Source of the DNA: Hyphochytrium catenoides
Lineage: Eukaryota; Protista; Hyphochytriomycota
Length of the DNA: 48,494 bases
NCBI GenBank assembly: GCA_900088475.1
Contig: FLMG01003062.1
Span: forward strand, 1 to 48,494
Direction of reading: 5' to 3'
The notes beneath the pieces were generated by a model. The model did not search any database. It had not been told where the DNA came from and saw only the letters and a list, made by a program, of their open reading frames with translations. Below, piece after piece: positions 1 to 12,603 of this stretch. The translations under genes were made by a program, and so were the position numbers. Within the stretch, counting starts at the first letter, position 1; each line of letters begins with the position of its first letter.

Positions 1-337
1 CGTAGTCTAAGGTCTTCTAAGGATAGTCCTCGCATCTTCACATGGTCATAGTGTCGCAGAGAGCAGGACTTGTGTTGGTAAGGTACGTCATTGCGATAAG
101 CGATACCTTCAACGTTGCAGCGAGAGATGAAGTTTTGACAGCATCTCAAGCGCTGCATTTGCTTTACTTGGGAACTTATGAACCTTGCTCAGCGTGACTT
201 TTAGTGATGTGCAGAGCGGCAAGCCCAAAGGTCATGATCTTTGACAACTCAGGCAAGCTGGGACGAAAGCGGCTATGGCTCGTCCGTAGTAAGCAATATC
301 TTTAGCCCCTGGTTCTGGGAGAATATAAAGAGACTCT

Positions 338-3300
338 ATGGCTTCGGGAGCCAATGGCGCTCCACCGGGAGGTCCGGGTCTGGTGGACGCCAGGAGCCAC
401 CGCCTATTGGTGGTCGAGCAGATGCTCCGGAAAAAGAGTGATGAAATGTTTCAAAAAGGGAATGCCGCCGCGGCATCCTCCTTAGCTGCATCTGCCGATG
501 ATGTCTTGGCAGGAGCCGAAGAGCTCAGGCAAGATGTTACTAGTTCCACCTTGATGCCAGTCACGTGAGGTTGACATATGTGTTCGTAGGTCTCTCCATG
601 AAAGGCTGCGAGCAATGCCACAAGATGATAGGTAACACATAAGAGGCTCTGTAGTGACACCACTCCGGACACGATCTAACGATCGGAATGCCAGCGCTGA
701 GGTCCAAGTTTGGAAGACAAGGGCGACGAAAATTAGAACTGCTTACAATGATAAGTGCAATGAACTCAGGGCCATGGAGGAGAAGTTGCTCTCCTTTCAG
801 GAGCAGGTAAGATGCCTTGAGTGAAGCTCCTTGCACCGAATGAACTATCTGCTAAGTGTCTAAACGCTGTAAAGATTCACGATCAAGCGAATAACCAAAC
901 TGGAGAAGGGAAAGGTCAAAGCGATGACCCTAAGAATCTCCAGCAGCAAGAGGAGAAGATCATGCTTCTGACTCAGCAACTCCGGGACGCAGGTACATCG
1001 CTTTAAATCCTCAGGACAGTTTTGATTATTTACCTAATGTGGCAGGTGAAGCGACCGAAGAGTTACAGCGCACTCTCCTAAAAGCACACCAAGAAAAGGA
1101 GGAAGCCAAGATGGCTCTCTCAGCATTAGAGGCAAGATGGCAAGAATACGCCAGCAAACGCGAAGCACAGCTGCAAAGCCTAGAGGAGAATTTAGAGAAA
1201 TCTGTGGCACAGATACGATCTCTCGTCGCAGAGAGGAATAGCCTTGACCAAGACAGAAGAGCCCAAATGGAACGGGCAAGAGGTACGGCTCAATTCAAGG
1301 TGTAATTACTGGTTCAGCAAGTAATAGGCATCTCGTCGCTCAGAATTGGAGAGTACCACCCAGAAACTTGATGCTATTAATAACGATTTGGTGGAGAGAG
1401 TCAACAACCTCACGACCTCTCTTCTTGAACTCCAAAGTAAAGTGGAGGAGGGTGCAGAGACTAAATCCTTGGAAAAGGATTTGGAAATATCAAGGTTGAA
1501 GATGACTGAGCTCGAGCAAGTGAAGTCTGAAAGAGAGATGCTGCTGAAGGAGAAAGACCATGAGCTTCAAGAACTTCGTGAGGAGACGAATGGCCTTCAG
1601 AGAAGTTTAGAAGAGAAGCGCTTGAGGATGGAAGAGATTCAGGAAGAATTGAAAAGAATGCGCTTGCACCAAGCAGAATGGGATCAGACCTCGGCACAAC
1701 TTTCTGCTCTTACTTCAGAGGTGCAAGACCTAAGGACCGCTCTTACCCATGCAGAGGAAGAACGCAGCACCGTTGTCTCCTCGCTAGAAGAAGCCCAAAG
1801 ACAGGTCGTTGAGCTCTCAGAAGAGCTTAAGCAAGCGCGAGTGCAATCCGAACAAACGCGAACTGAGCTTGATCATTTGCGAGCTGAACACAAGAGAATA
1901 AGTAGAGAGGAGAAAGACAAAGAAAGCTTCTATCAGGAACTACAAAAGCAGCATATGGGTCTAAAGGAGGAGATCGCATCGTTGAAGGCACAACTAGAAT
2001 GCTCTCAGGCTGCCTTTGTGGAGAAGCAGCAGCTAGAGGAGACAGTAGGGACTCTCCAAGAGGCATGCGCTGAGCTGGACTCTCTCAGACTTCGGGCTCA
2101 GCAGCGAGCAGATGAAGTCGGTGAGGTTAGGAGGCAGCTGGAGAAGGAAAGAAGCAGGAAAGCAGAGCTGAATGAAGAGAATGCAAGTTTGAAGGAGCAG
2201 CTGACAACAGCCAACAAAAGGGAAAGAGTATTAAGAGGATCATTGGAACAGCTAGAAGCAGACTCAAAGCGGCTTGGGGAAGAGGCCGACGAGTTGAGCA
2301 GAAAGCACAGGCACACATTGGATAAACTTCAGGAGTCTGCCACAAAAGTGAAGCAACAAGAGACAGAGCTAGCCGAAGTACGACAGCAGCTGCAGGGTCA
2401 GTTGGACAGACAGCATGAAGCAGAGGTGAAGAGAGACAATGCTGTAAACGATACCATAGAGCAGTTGCGGGCTCCGATGATAGCGACGGAGGAAGAACTA
2501 CGACGGGAGCTTTCCCAAAAGAGTGAAGAGCTGCAGCGCATCGGTGAGGCAATGCGGTCTATTTCCACTGAGCTTGACGAGAAGAAAAAGGAGCTAGTTG
2601 CTCTTGGGAGGGAGCTAGCCCAGACGCACGAGGAGAATGCGAACCTACGAAAAGCCAGAGTAGGTCGTGTCAGCCTTGTTCCCGAATACTTTTGCCTAAT
2701 AATTGTTGCTTATCTGTCGGCTTGAATTCACGGTTGTCTGACATTACATCTAAGGAGGATTCTGCTGCTGCGACTCTGGAGAACCTAAGCTCGCTGCAAA
2801 AGCGCTTAGAAGAAGCTGAAGTATGGAAAGGAAGAGCGCAAAAGCTTCGCTCTGCGTTCGCTGAGAAATCCTCAGCCTGTGATGCTCTGTCCGAGGAAGT
2901 CCAGAGTATACGAACAGTATTGGACGAGGAAAAGGAACAAAAAAATAAGGCTCTGGAGGAATTGAATAGGAGGGCGACCGCAGCGGCCCTACTAGAGTCA
3001 AGAGTTAATGAGTACGGGAACGATTGAAGTGGTTCTATAGTTGACTTGCTCCTTACTCTACTGTCGCTTGCTTATTGCCCTTCTAGAATAGAAACAGAGA
3101 ATGCTTCACTGAAAGGAAGTATTTCAGAACAAGAAAGAACTATTAAGGAATTGCGGTAAGACAGGCACTATATTCCCTGAGGTCATCTGCTTCAGTATTG
3201 ACACATCCTATTGGTGACATAGACAAAGCCTTGAAGCTCTGGAAGCCAAGCACAAGGAAGAACTTGCGACATTTCAGCTAAAAGTCTCGTCATCTCAGAC

Positions 3301-6300
3301 AGACGAGCTAATAGAAGAGGTAAATCGACTGCAACATAAGCTGAAGGACACCGAGGAAGGCTTTAGCAGGTTCAAGGCGAAGGCGCATGCAGCACTAAAG
3401 AAGGCGGAGCGCAGATCAGCCACCGCAGTGGAGTTTGAGGTATTATCAGCCTTCTGTGGGGTACTAAGGCTACTATCGCGGTTGACTTGCTTTTTAGACC
3501 ATGCTGGAGGCGAAGGACGAAGAGATTTTGCAGCTCCAAGAAGAGCTGCGACGAACTAGTGATGAGTTACAGGGGCTTCGACAGGTCCTTGTCACGTCTT
3601 GAACCTACCCTATCCTTCTTCTGATTCATGTCTGCCTACCGGTTTAAGATGTCTACCATTGCCCTTCTACCTTCTAGGTCTTTGCTAATGACTGTGCGCA
3701 AGCGTATTGCTAACATTCTCAGAAGTTCCAGAGTTAATACTTATTGCTCCCTTGTCTGTGATCACGCTCACACTTCCTCCACTCTGTACTGAATAAATCT
3801 CTAGCGCGGTCAAGAGCGTGAGACGATAGAAAAGTCCCTTCAAGAGGCCATGAAGGAGGCTGATAGTAAAATAACAAGCGCAAATGAGCAACTTCAACAA
3901 CGAGAGATTGAGGTTACCGAGCTCAAACACGAGTTGGAAACCCTGAACGAGAAGCAGACACAAGCCATGGAAGCCCTATTGAATGTTCAACAAGAAAGGC
4001 GCGAACTTGAAGAAGAGAGAGATCTGCTTGTTAGGGAGAAGTCTAACATATTTGACAAGAACAAAGTGCTTGAGAGCCAAAATTTAGCGCTAACTAAGTG
4101 CAGCAAAATCCTCTACTTGTGCCTGAAAAGGAATCTGTTCTCTACAAGGACGGCGGATTTAACTGCTTTCTATCGCTGGGCCACTGCGGTCAGTCGATTG
4201 AGACTGAGCGCGCAAAAGGCGGATGATAAGGCGCAGTCTTCAATGTCTATGGAAGCTTTAGTGAGAGGTAACTTTAACCTTTTCCTCTGATGCGGCGCCT
4301 GTCCCTCTTTGTAATCCTTGCATCTTCCAGAGCTCCAGGAGAAGGAAGTCATACTTCGAGAGAACTCCCATCTTATCGAAAGTCTAGAGAAGGAAATCAC
4401 AGCTCTTAAAGAGCGAGAGCACGACCTTAGAAGACAATTGTCAGAAGCCGGAGAAGTAGCCATTCAGCAGAGCAAGGACGCAGTAAGTTTATTATGCACA
4501 AGTTCCCACAGTACTCAAATATACTTTCCGCAGCTCGCTATTGTTCAGTTCGCTTCTCTCGCTTATAAACCTGGATGTCAACTCATCGCCCATATATCGT
4601 GCTTGAAGAGCCAGCAACGAGATAAGGGTTGCCAGGCCAGTGAAGCTGGTAAGAGCGCCGTAAGGGCAGAAGCCACTGCTGGCGATGTCCAAGCTTCTGT
4701 TGTAGCCGCCGGAGGGCAGCTCAATTACGTGGAGAAAGAAGAAAGTCTGCCACCTCAATTACACAGACAAAGAAGTGTGGAAGAGGAAGAAGACGTCATA
4801 GAGAGCTTAATGGCAGAGAAATCCCGCCTAGAGAACGATAATCAAGCCCTAACCGCGGAGATTAAGCTGTGTCTTGTGAAGATAGACCGACTGAAGGTAA
4901 GTAGAGCGTGCATTTGCCGGTGCTCTCCCTTATAGAGTCGCCCTTTTAAAGCTCTTCTTGTGTCCACGATCTTTTCATTTTCGTTCTTCTCTTTGGACTG
5001 TTAATGTAACCTTACTTACTGGCCAGGAGGAGCTCAAGTCACATCAGGAAAAGATTGAAGTGCTGAAGAATTTAAGGGGCGACGATTCAGATGTTGAGAC
5101 TGACGAGGTCAGTTAAACCGCTCCTTTTGGGGAAAGTTCATGTCAGCGCTTCGTATGTCCAGTTTCGTGACTTATCCGCCGTGATTGACTTTAGGATGAG
5201 GTCGATCTTCAAGAACAATCCCGCCTTAGGGATTCAGCCAAGTTTGCTACCTTCCTTATATCTTTCCAAGAGAGTCGACGGGACCTCCTTAAAGGCATAA
5301 GTGGGAGGCTGGATGTACGTTAAAAGCCAGGGCTTCGCCACAAAGTTATGACAACCTTAACGCAAGAGACTAAGTTGCGCTTCCCGCCTTCGAACATTCG
5401 CCAAACATATGCTACATTTGGCAGACTATTCAGCAGGATGTAAAATATTTGGAGAAGCGCAAGGCAGAACTAGAAGCTGTGAAGAAAACCTTAATAAAGG
5501 TTTGGGAGGCAGCTGGCGTAGGGTAGACAATGTGACTGATCAGGCATCTAAGTTGCACTCTTATCCGTTCACCGAACAGGCGGAGAAGAGCAGAGGCAAA
5601 AGCTTAGAGCCAGTTCCTCAAGACGCAGGCGGAAAGGATGAGGAAAGCTCCGTCACAGGTGATATTGGATTGTTTGTAGATAGTGGTTCTAGGTGGGCTA
5701 ACCTTTCATGCAAAAAAAAAACTGTCGAAGATTTAGCTGGGAGTGGCAGACCCAAAGGTAACTTGCTATAACATTCTCCGTGCCACTGCGAGACACACTT
5801 TTCAATAGAGCTATCTATACTTAGGACTCGAACCACCCAGCCCTCTTGGAAAGATCTCGGCGTCTTCCGGTAGCCTTGAGATTTCTAAGCAGCAGAAAGG
5901 TCAAGAACAGGAAGGGACCGGCGGGAAGGCAATAAAGTTTCAAAGCTATCATGTGAATGTTAGCGCGGGCCAGATTTTCAAGCTCCCAGTGCCAGTTGAA
6001 GTACCAGGTTGCACAGTGCGGTATAGCTTCTATGAGGACAACGGACAGGACATTGCCTTCATGGCCTTTCTGCAAGATGGTAAGCTTACTTTTGGTTATT
6101 ATCATGATCGGTGGTTAGTGTGCCGCTCTTCCGCGCATTTGCGTTGGCATGGCTATTCAAAATTGATCTTTATCTAAGCAGACCGGTCGTAGTTTCCGGC
6201 ATTTTAGCCTTTGCCTGGATCTTTTTGCTGTGAATTCTTTCTTCCATACCTCCAGTGTATCAGGCCCGCGTCTTCGTTGCTCTCGCTCCATCATTCCAGG

Positions 6301-7603
6301 CCTCTGTTCAGAAATGTTTTAAGTAGACGCTGAGTCACTTCTCTTGCCATCATCTCCTTACGTTATGTCTAAACTAGCCTCGTTGGAGCACGTTGAGATT
6401 GTGCCTTATTCGCGCGTTGTGGGTGAGATTGGCGATCCCATCCGTGGAGAGATTGTCGTGGAGGATGCGGGATTATTCTTTTTGCAGTGGGATAATAGTT
6501 ACAGCTGGATCTCTCCTAAACTCATCTCTTACGTCGTTGAGCTTACACCGCCCGCCAAGGGCGAACTAGTGAAGGATGCTATTGAGAAGGAAAGGTGAGA
6601 TAGATCTCAGACCCTGCAAACGCCTCCATTAGTTGTCGGTGTCTCTCATGTTCCTTCCCTCAACCCTGGTCACTTATCATTCCTGTTTCTTCGGCGGCAA
6701 TAGGCGAGCTAGTGCAGCGGCTATTGAGGCAGACTCTGAGATCTCTATCGCCCAAGAGCAGGTTCAAATCGAGGTGGGACCTCTACCATAAAGGTCAGGC
6801 AAGATAAGTAGTGAGACAGAGTTTTTCTCATGCGGGTTTGATTCTATGTCAGCAACGTCTATTGGAGAACCTTCACAAGCTACAGGGCAAGATATCTGTC
6901 CTCCGATCTCTGCAGCTGGATTTAAGCAATGGCAAGGAATCCTGGACAGGACACAGAGAGGTGCGTTAACAACCCCTCAGCCGGCGAGGCACCTCCTTTA
7001 GAAGACTATGAAGAGGGAGCAAAAGTGGGGAAGCCAAGGGACGCGAGGCGAACGTTTGACCTCTTTTGGCATACCCGTAGGCGCTGGATCAACGTAAGAG
7101 CCACCTGACTGAGAAGCTTGAGCTGGCACAAAAAGCCGTCGACGAGGTGCAAGTCTATTACGCTCGATTAGATAATGACGAGGGCGAGTGCAATGAGATT
7201 TTTGAAGGACTGAAGGATGAGATGGAGGCCATTGAGATGATTCTGAAACTCTCCGGGGTAAGATACTTTCCCATCAACGGCAATTTTCCATGGTTCACAT
7301 TCTCCTCTCTGCCCTGCGCATCTCTTATGCCGTCTGTGGGTTGTGCTACAATCCCACTCGCAGAATGAAGATTATGAAGCCAACATCGCGCAAATACAAA
7401 GAAAGCTCCAGCAGCTTGAAGGGGATTGTAATAGTATCAACAGCGGCGGAGACCAAGACGGATCAAGTCCCCAGGATACCGCCTCTCCTCTTTCTTCCCT
7501 TTCCTATCCTCTTCCTACTTCGTCAGTCGACGACATGATGCCTAGAGACTCTATTGTGATACAAGGAGAAGGGGAGAACGCGGAATTTGAGGAAGCGACA
7601 TAA
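338..7603 (+). CDS. Large multi-exon coiled-coil protein (golgin/tether-like) with a GOLD domain followed by a further coiled-coil tail
   Basis: ATG at 338 has an in-frame TAA upstream (326-328). Phase-compatible GT-AG exons encode E/K/Q/L/R heptad-rich sequence, e.g. the 459-aa ORF 1346-2725. GOLD signature: VNVSAGQIFKLPVPV..PGCTVRYSF..DIAF (5953-6078) and GEIVVEDAGLFFLQWDNSYSWISPKLISYVVEL (about 6446-6545). The last exon ends EFEEAT-TAA at 7603. Internal splice sites are approximate. Confidence 0.8.
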
Positions 7604-7772
7604 GGCAGCTGTAACGACTCTAGCTGCCCTAAACCGCTGTCGCTGATGCTAAAGCTGATGAAACACGGCTGCTGCCTCGAGACAAGTAGGTTCTACGACA
7701 AAGCTGCCCTGGTTGATGAGCAAGCAAGACATCAAGGAAAAGTGAGGTGGTAAAGATGAACTGATGAGTAGC

Positions 7773-7813
<41 letters not shown>
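7773..7813. repeat. (GA)n microsatellite downstream of the coiled-coil gene
   Basis: About 40 bp run of GAGAGA with one interruption, read directly from the sequence. Confidence 0.95.
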
Positions 7814-7817
<4 letters not shown>

Positions 7818-8403
7818 AGACAGGGAGAGAGAGGAGAGAAGTTGATTTTGAGCAATACCAGCACGATGCACTTTGACCCGTCTGTGAGGACAAAGGGCGG
7901 AAGAGCGTTACAAGAACAAGCCCTGTCAAAACAGTAGAGAACGACAGACATTGATTCCTAATAAAGCATATTTATGTTGACAATGTATGGACTAGTGTAC
8001 TCTGTTATCACGAATGGTTTGATGCCAGAACCGTTTTGTCGCAAGAAGAAGAAGCCACCGACCAGAAGCTTCATGATAGTCCGTCGTAAGTCAAAGGAAG
8101 AAGCAGAAAGCAAGAGAAGAGAGAAGCAAGGCTAGTAAAGAACGATGACAAGAATAGTCTCCACTGTTGACGCAGGCTCTTCTCTGTTTCACCACCGGGT
8201 TCGCGTCTCAGAGGAGGCACCACTGAAGCGACCAGAACAGTTTAGGCACAAGCGCTGGGACAGGAAGAACTCTAGAAGCAGCCTCACTACTCGGAGTAAT
8301 CATCTCCTTGCAGAGCAGTGGCGGACTTGGCCAAGGAGTGTGATGACGTCGAATATAGACACATTAACCCATGACTCTCCTTAGTGAAGTGCGGCGCTAA
8401 ATC

Positions 8404-11400
8404 ATGCATAGTAAGTCTTCTGCAAGTTCCCCATTGCTGTGGACGCACCACAGGTCGATCGAAATACTGACTGACAGGACTGTCATCGCCACTGGACAGA
8501 ATATCGACTGTTATCAAAGAAGGGTGAAGGGACATTCTCTGAAGTGCTTCGGGCACAAGTGAGTCGACGATAGATTGATGATTGACGAAAGAGAGAAAGT
8601 CCTAGAGTAGAATGGCGGAAGAACATCTAGGCACTTCTAATTCTCATTGGATGCGGCTATGCCTCATCCTCAACTTCCTTTTTACTCTGCAGTGCGTCAA
8701 AAACGGAAAGTTCTATGCGATCAAGTGCATGAAGACCCGATTCACAAACATCGAGCAGGTTAATGGACTGAGGGAGATCCAAGCGCTTCGGCGCCTCTCA
8801 CCCCACCCCCACATCATTAAGCTCTTTGAGGTGCTATAGTAAGTATCACTGAAGAGTGTTCTTTGCTAGTCCATCCCTTACAATCGTGCGTGCTCTCTCC
8901 GACGCCTCCGTTCAAATGCCTATTCAGTGATTTTTCCTTGCTACCGTTTTCTACTTAATCCAACGGGTGAAGTCTTTCTCAAGGTACCCATAACTCTTAC
9001 GATGCAATACTAACTAACAGTTGCGTCTCCTAGCGATGAACCTACTGGCCGTCTGGCACTGGTTTTTGAACTAATGGAGATGAATATTTATGAGTACATC
9101 AAGGGCCGCCAACACCATTTGCCTGAGCCTTTTGTCAAGAGCAGGATGTACCAAGTACTTAAGGGACTTGAGTGGATGCATCGGTGGGTTTGTTAAGAGT
9201 AGCAAGTTATAGTCTGGCTCGCATGAGGCAAAGAATGCCACCTTAAGCAGGTCATAGCGGGAGGAAGATGGATAGGAGCTTTTGGAAGGACAATTCTTTC
9301 GAAGAAGGGATTGGAGTTAGAAAGAAGGACTAGCTGCGATTTCCACCAGGGATACTTGAACAGCTAACTTCTTCCTCTCGTTCGAACTCTCTCTTTCTCT
9401 CCATTATCTGTCTCGTCTCCTCGACCTGATATTCAGGAACGGGGTGTTTCATCGTGACATCAAGCCAGAGAACATCCTGATGCACAATGACGTGCTCAAA
9501 CTTGCCGACTTTGGGTCTTGCCGGGGAATCTATTCAAAAATGGTTTGACCCTACAGCTATGCCGCCACGACCCTACGGCTCTTACTGTCGGCCCAGCTCG
9601 TGGGACTGTCACCTCCATTCATACGCTCTCCTTGTCTTTATAACATTGTTTCTCTCCAAAGCATACATCGTTCTCTCTTCCCCTTCAACCCTCAGCAAAC
9701 TCGCTGGCCTTCTATTTCTGCCCCGTCGCCTTTACTCTATTTAGCGATAACTTCAAGCACCCTACTTCTGTTCTCTCTGCATAGCCTTACACAGAATACA
9801 TCTCTACGAGGTGGTACCGAGCACCGGAATGTCTTTTAACAGACGGGTTTTACACCTTCAAGATGGATATCTGGGGCATAGGATGTGTACTGTTCGAGGT
9901 GGTGGCGCTCTTCCCGCTCTTTCCAGGACAGAACGAGGCTGACCAGATCAGTAAAATCCATCAAATCCTTGGGACGCCGCCCAAGTTGGTAAGAAGAGAT
10001 ACTAACTCGCTCTCGAAGAAATCGCACCTTATCAGTCGGGATAAGTGGGAGAGAGAGAGAAAGGTACCTAAGGGGAACAGCACTTCCATCGCCCCGAGAA
10101 TCCAAAAGGAGCCGAGCAAGTGCCTGACGGAAATAGGCTCCTTGGGATAGAAGTAGCACTACTGCGGCTAGTCCCAACACCTCTCCTTTCAGTTTCTCTA
10201 CCATTTCTTCCGTAGCTCCACACTTATAAGGATTTGTTATTTGGTGCTGGTTACTTGTGTCTGTCATCCCTGCTGCTTACGCGTCCTGCGCCTTGCCATC
10301 TCTCTCTCCTTTCCTGATATGGTGTGAGCCTATAGTCTCAGCCTCCTTCACTTTCAGGTGCTTGACAAGCTGCGGCCCCATGCCCGCAGTCACGACCTTG
10401 ATTTCGAGAAGGTGGAGGGAACAGGGATCGAGGAGCTGATTCCTCATTCCTCTCCTGAGTGCATTGACCTTATCAAGCAGCTCTTGACCTATGACCCAGA
10501 TGCAAGGTACCAACACGAGAAAGCAAAGAAAGAATTTGCACGAGCGAAGAGGACACTCAACCATCTGCAAGGCACCTTCTTATTAAGCAGCATCACTATC
10601 GCCTTGGAAACCTTCTGTTGCTTCTCCTTTGATCTCTCGACGCTAACTAACTCAACCCAATCTCCATGCTCGTCTCGCCTAGATCTCTGGCAATATTATC
10701 TATATCTTGCCCTTGCATAACAATTCACTTCTCTAATATCCTCTTGCTCTCCTCCATAGGCTGACTGCCAAACAGGCCATGAAGCATCCGTTTTTCAAGG
10801 AAGTGAGGGATGCGGAGAAGATGAAGAAAGCTCCGCCTGCTCACGCCGATAGGAGCGCCATGGAAGTCAAGTCGTCGACAAAGGATAAAGAACGAGAACC
10901 ACAAGAAGAATCTTCGGAAGAAGCGGGAGAACAAGATGAACTTACTAAGGTCGTCGCGCCAACAAAGAGCTGACCGAGATACCGCCAGACATCATCGCCT
11001 TTCATTAAGCCTTCTAAACGCCAGTCCTCTCTGACTTGCATTGGCAGTCCCGACCCGTAGAGGACTAGCCTCTAGAGCCCGCCAATAGACGGCTTAATAG
11101 CTATAATCACTCCTTAGATGCTCTTCCTTCAAATTTGTCCTCTTCGTTGTTGCTGTTCAAAGGACCTCTATTACTCTGACTATTTAAGTTTCCTCATTGA
11201 ACGCTCCTTCTGCCTGGCCATCCACCGTAGGCGCAAGAAGAGCCTTCTAATAAGATGAAAGACGGGAGTGAGCCGAGACGAAGAAAGGACGAGGCCCGCC
11301 AAAATCTTCCTAACATCAAGGTAATTCTCTCTTGCTCTCCTAGGGATGCCCTAGGAATAGCTCGTACAACGGTGCTTCAGCATCTTCTTCTTCGAACCTT

Positions 11401-12214
11401 AGCCTGATGACACGACGGTCCTTTTTTACCTCTGTGCTTATCCTTGCAACCTATCCAGCCGCAACCATTGGCTTAAGCCAACCTGTGCGTGATTCTTCCT
11501 GCACCACGCTTTCTCTCATGAATCATACGCCATGTAGATGGAACCATCGGCCCAGCCAGAAGCAAGCCACGTTCCCTCAGTAGAAGTCGCAGCCATACCA
11601 CTGAAACAAAGGAAGGCATCTGTGAAGAAAGAAAGGCAATCCAGGAAGATCGTCAAGGTAAGAAGGCCCTTGGTACTATTTTTCCTTCTCTGGCGAGGCC
11701 CTCCTGCTCCTGCCTTCCCTGTCTGTTCTACCTGGCGGACAAGGTGCCATCAATGCCTTTTGTCTTCTATAAATCTTCAGCTGTGAGTTGTTGATGGCTC
11801 TGCTCCATAACGTCCGATGTCTGAGTTCACTGGGTACAGCAGGAAGAGCTGGCTGCGGTTGCGGCCCTACCGCCTATCCAAGTGGGCTCCCTCCGGCCAG
11901 AGCAAGCTAAAGAGAGCAATACTAGTCCGAACAAGAGAGCGAGTCTTGTAAAGGAAGAGAAAGAAAAAGGAGTAGACACCGAAAAAGGACCGAAGAAAGG
12001 AGTCTCTTCGAAAGATCAAGAAAGCAAGGGTCTCACGACTGAAAGCACAGCTAAGGGCGCAGGAAAAGGGGTCATCAAGGGAGACCCTTCTGCGATGCCC
12101 CTTCCTATGCCCAGCAGAACTATTATCACCCTTGCTATCGATGGAAACAACGTTGTTCAGCCTTTGAAGAAGAAGAAACATAATAGGAACCCTCACCACT
12201 TAGATCCCGCCTAG
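8404..12214 (+). CDS. MOK: MOK/RAGE-family (Chlamydomonas LF4-like) Ser/Thr protein kinase
   Basis: Spliced translation: [131 protein letters not shown], the TEY activation loop and APECLLTDG are MOK hallmarks. A low-complexity charged C-terminal tail ends LDPA-TAG at 12214. Confidence 0.93.
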
Positions 12215-12603
12215 AGGATTTCTTGATACATTTTTGAGCAGTAAAGAGTAAAAGAGAACAAACAGACACTAGAGAGATCCAAAGGTTCTAGACAGTCGGC
12301 CAGATTGCTCTTGGGTTCTATAAATAGAAAGTGTTTATTGTATCACTCACTAAGTGAAACACTAGACCGTGACGGGAGACTAGTGTCATCTTGTTGTATA
12401 AGAGAGATGCAAGCCAAAAGGGTCGACCTTTTTTCTTATCTTACCTTCTACCTACCCTCCCGGCTACCTCATGTGTGGTGGGAAAGTAGTGACGGAGAGA
12501 GACGTTGCTGCGCGCGCATTTCGGAAAATTATATAGCTAGTTACAAAGTTGGCGCCTTGAACTTGTCGAATATGGAGGAGAATCCTTTTCCCTTAACATT
12601 GAC

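Noticed and set aside
565-589. Apparent 25-nt ultra-short intron in the coiled-coil gene
   Set aside because: Phase-compatible alternatives exist (a GC donor at 529, or skipping to the acceptor at 694), so a tiny intron cannot be claimed without transcripts.
1461-2552. Antisense ORFs opposite the coiled-coil exon (likewise opposite PP2C, the hydrolase and pepN)
   Set aside because: Shadow frames caused by codon bias of the real genes.
7629-7951. Three overlapping minus-strand ORFs with SLSLSL runs
   Set aside because: Translation artefacts of the (GA)n microsatellite.
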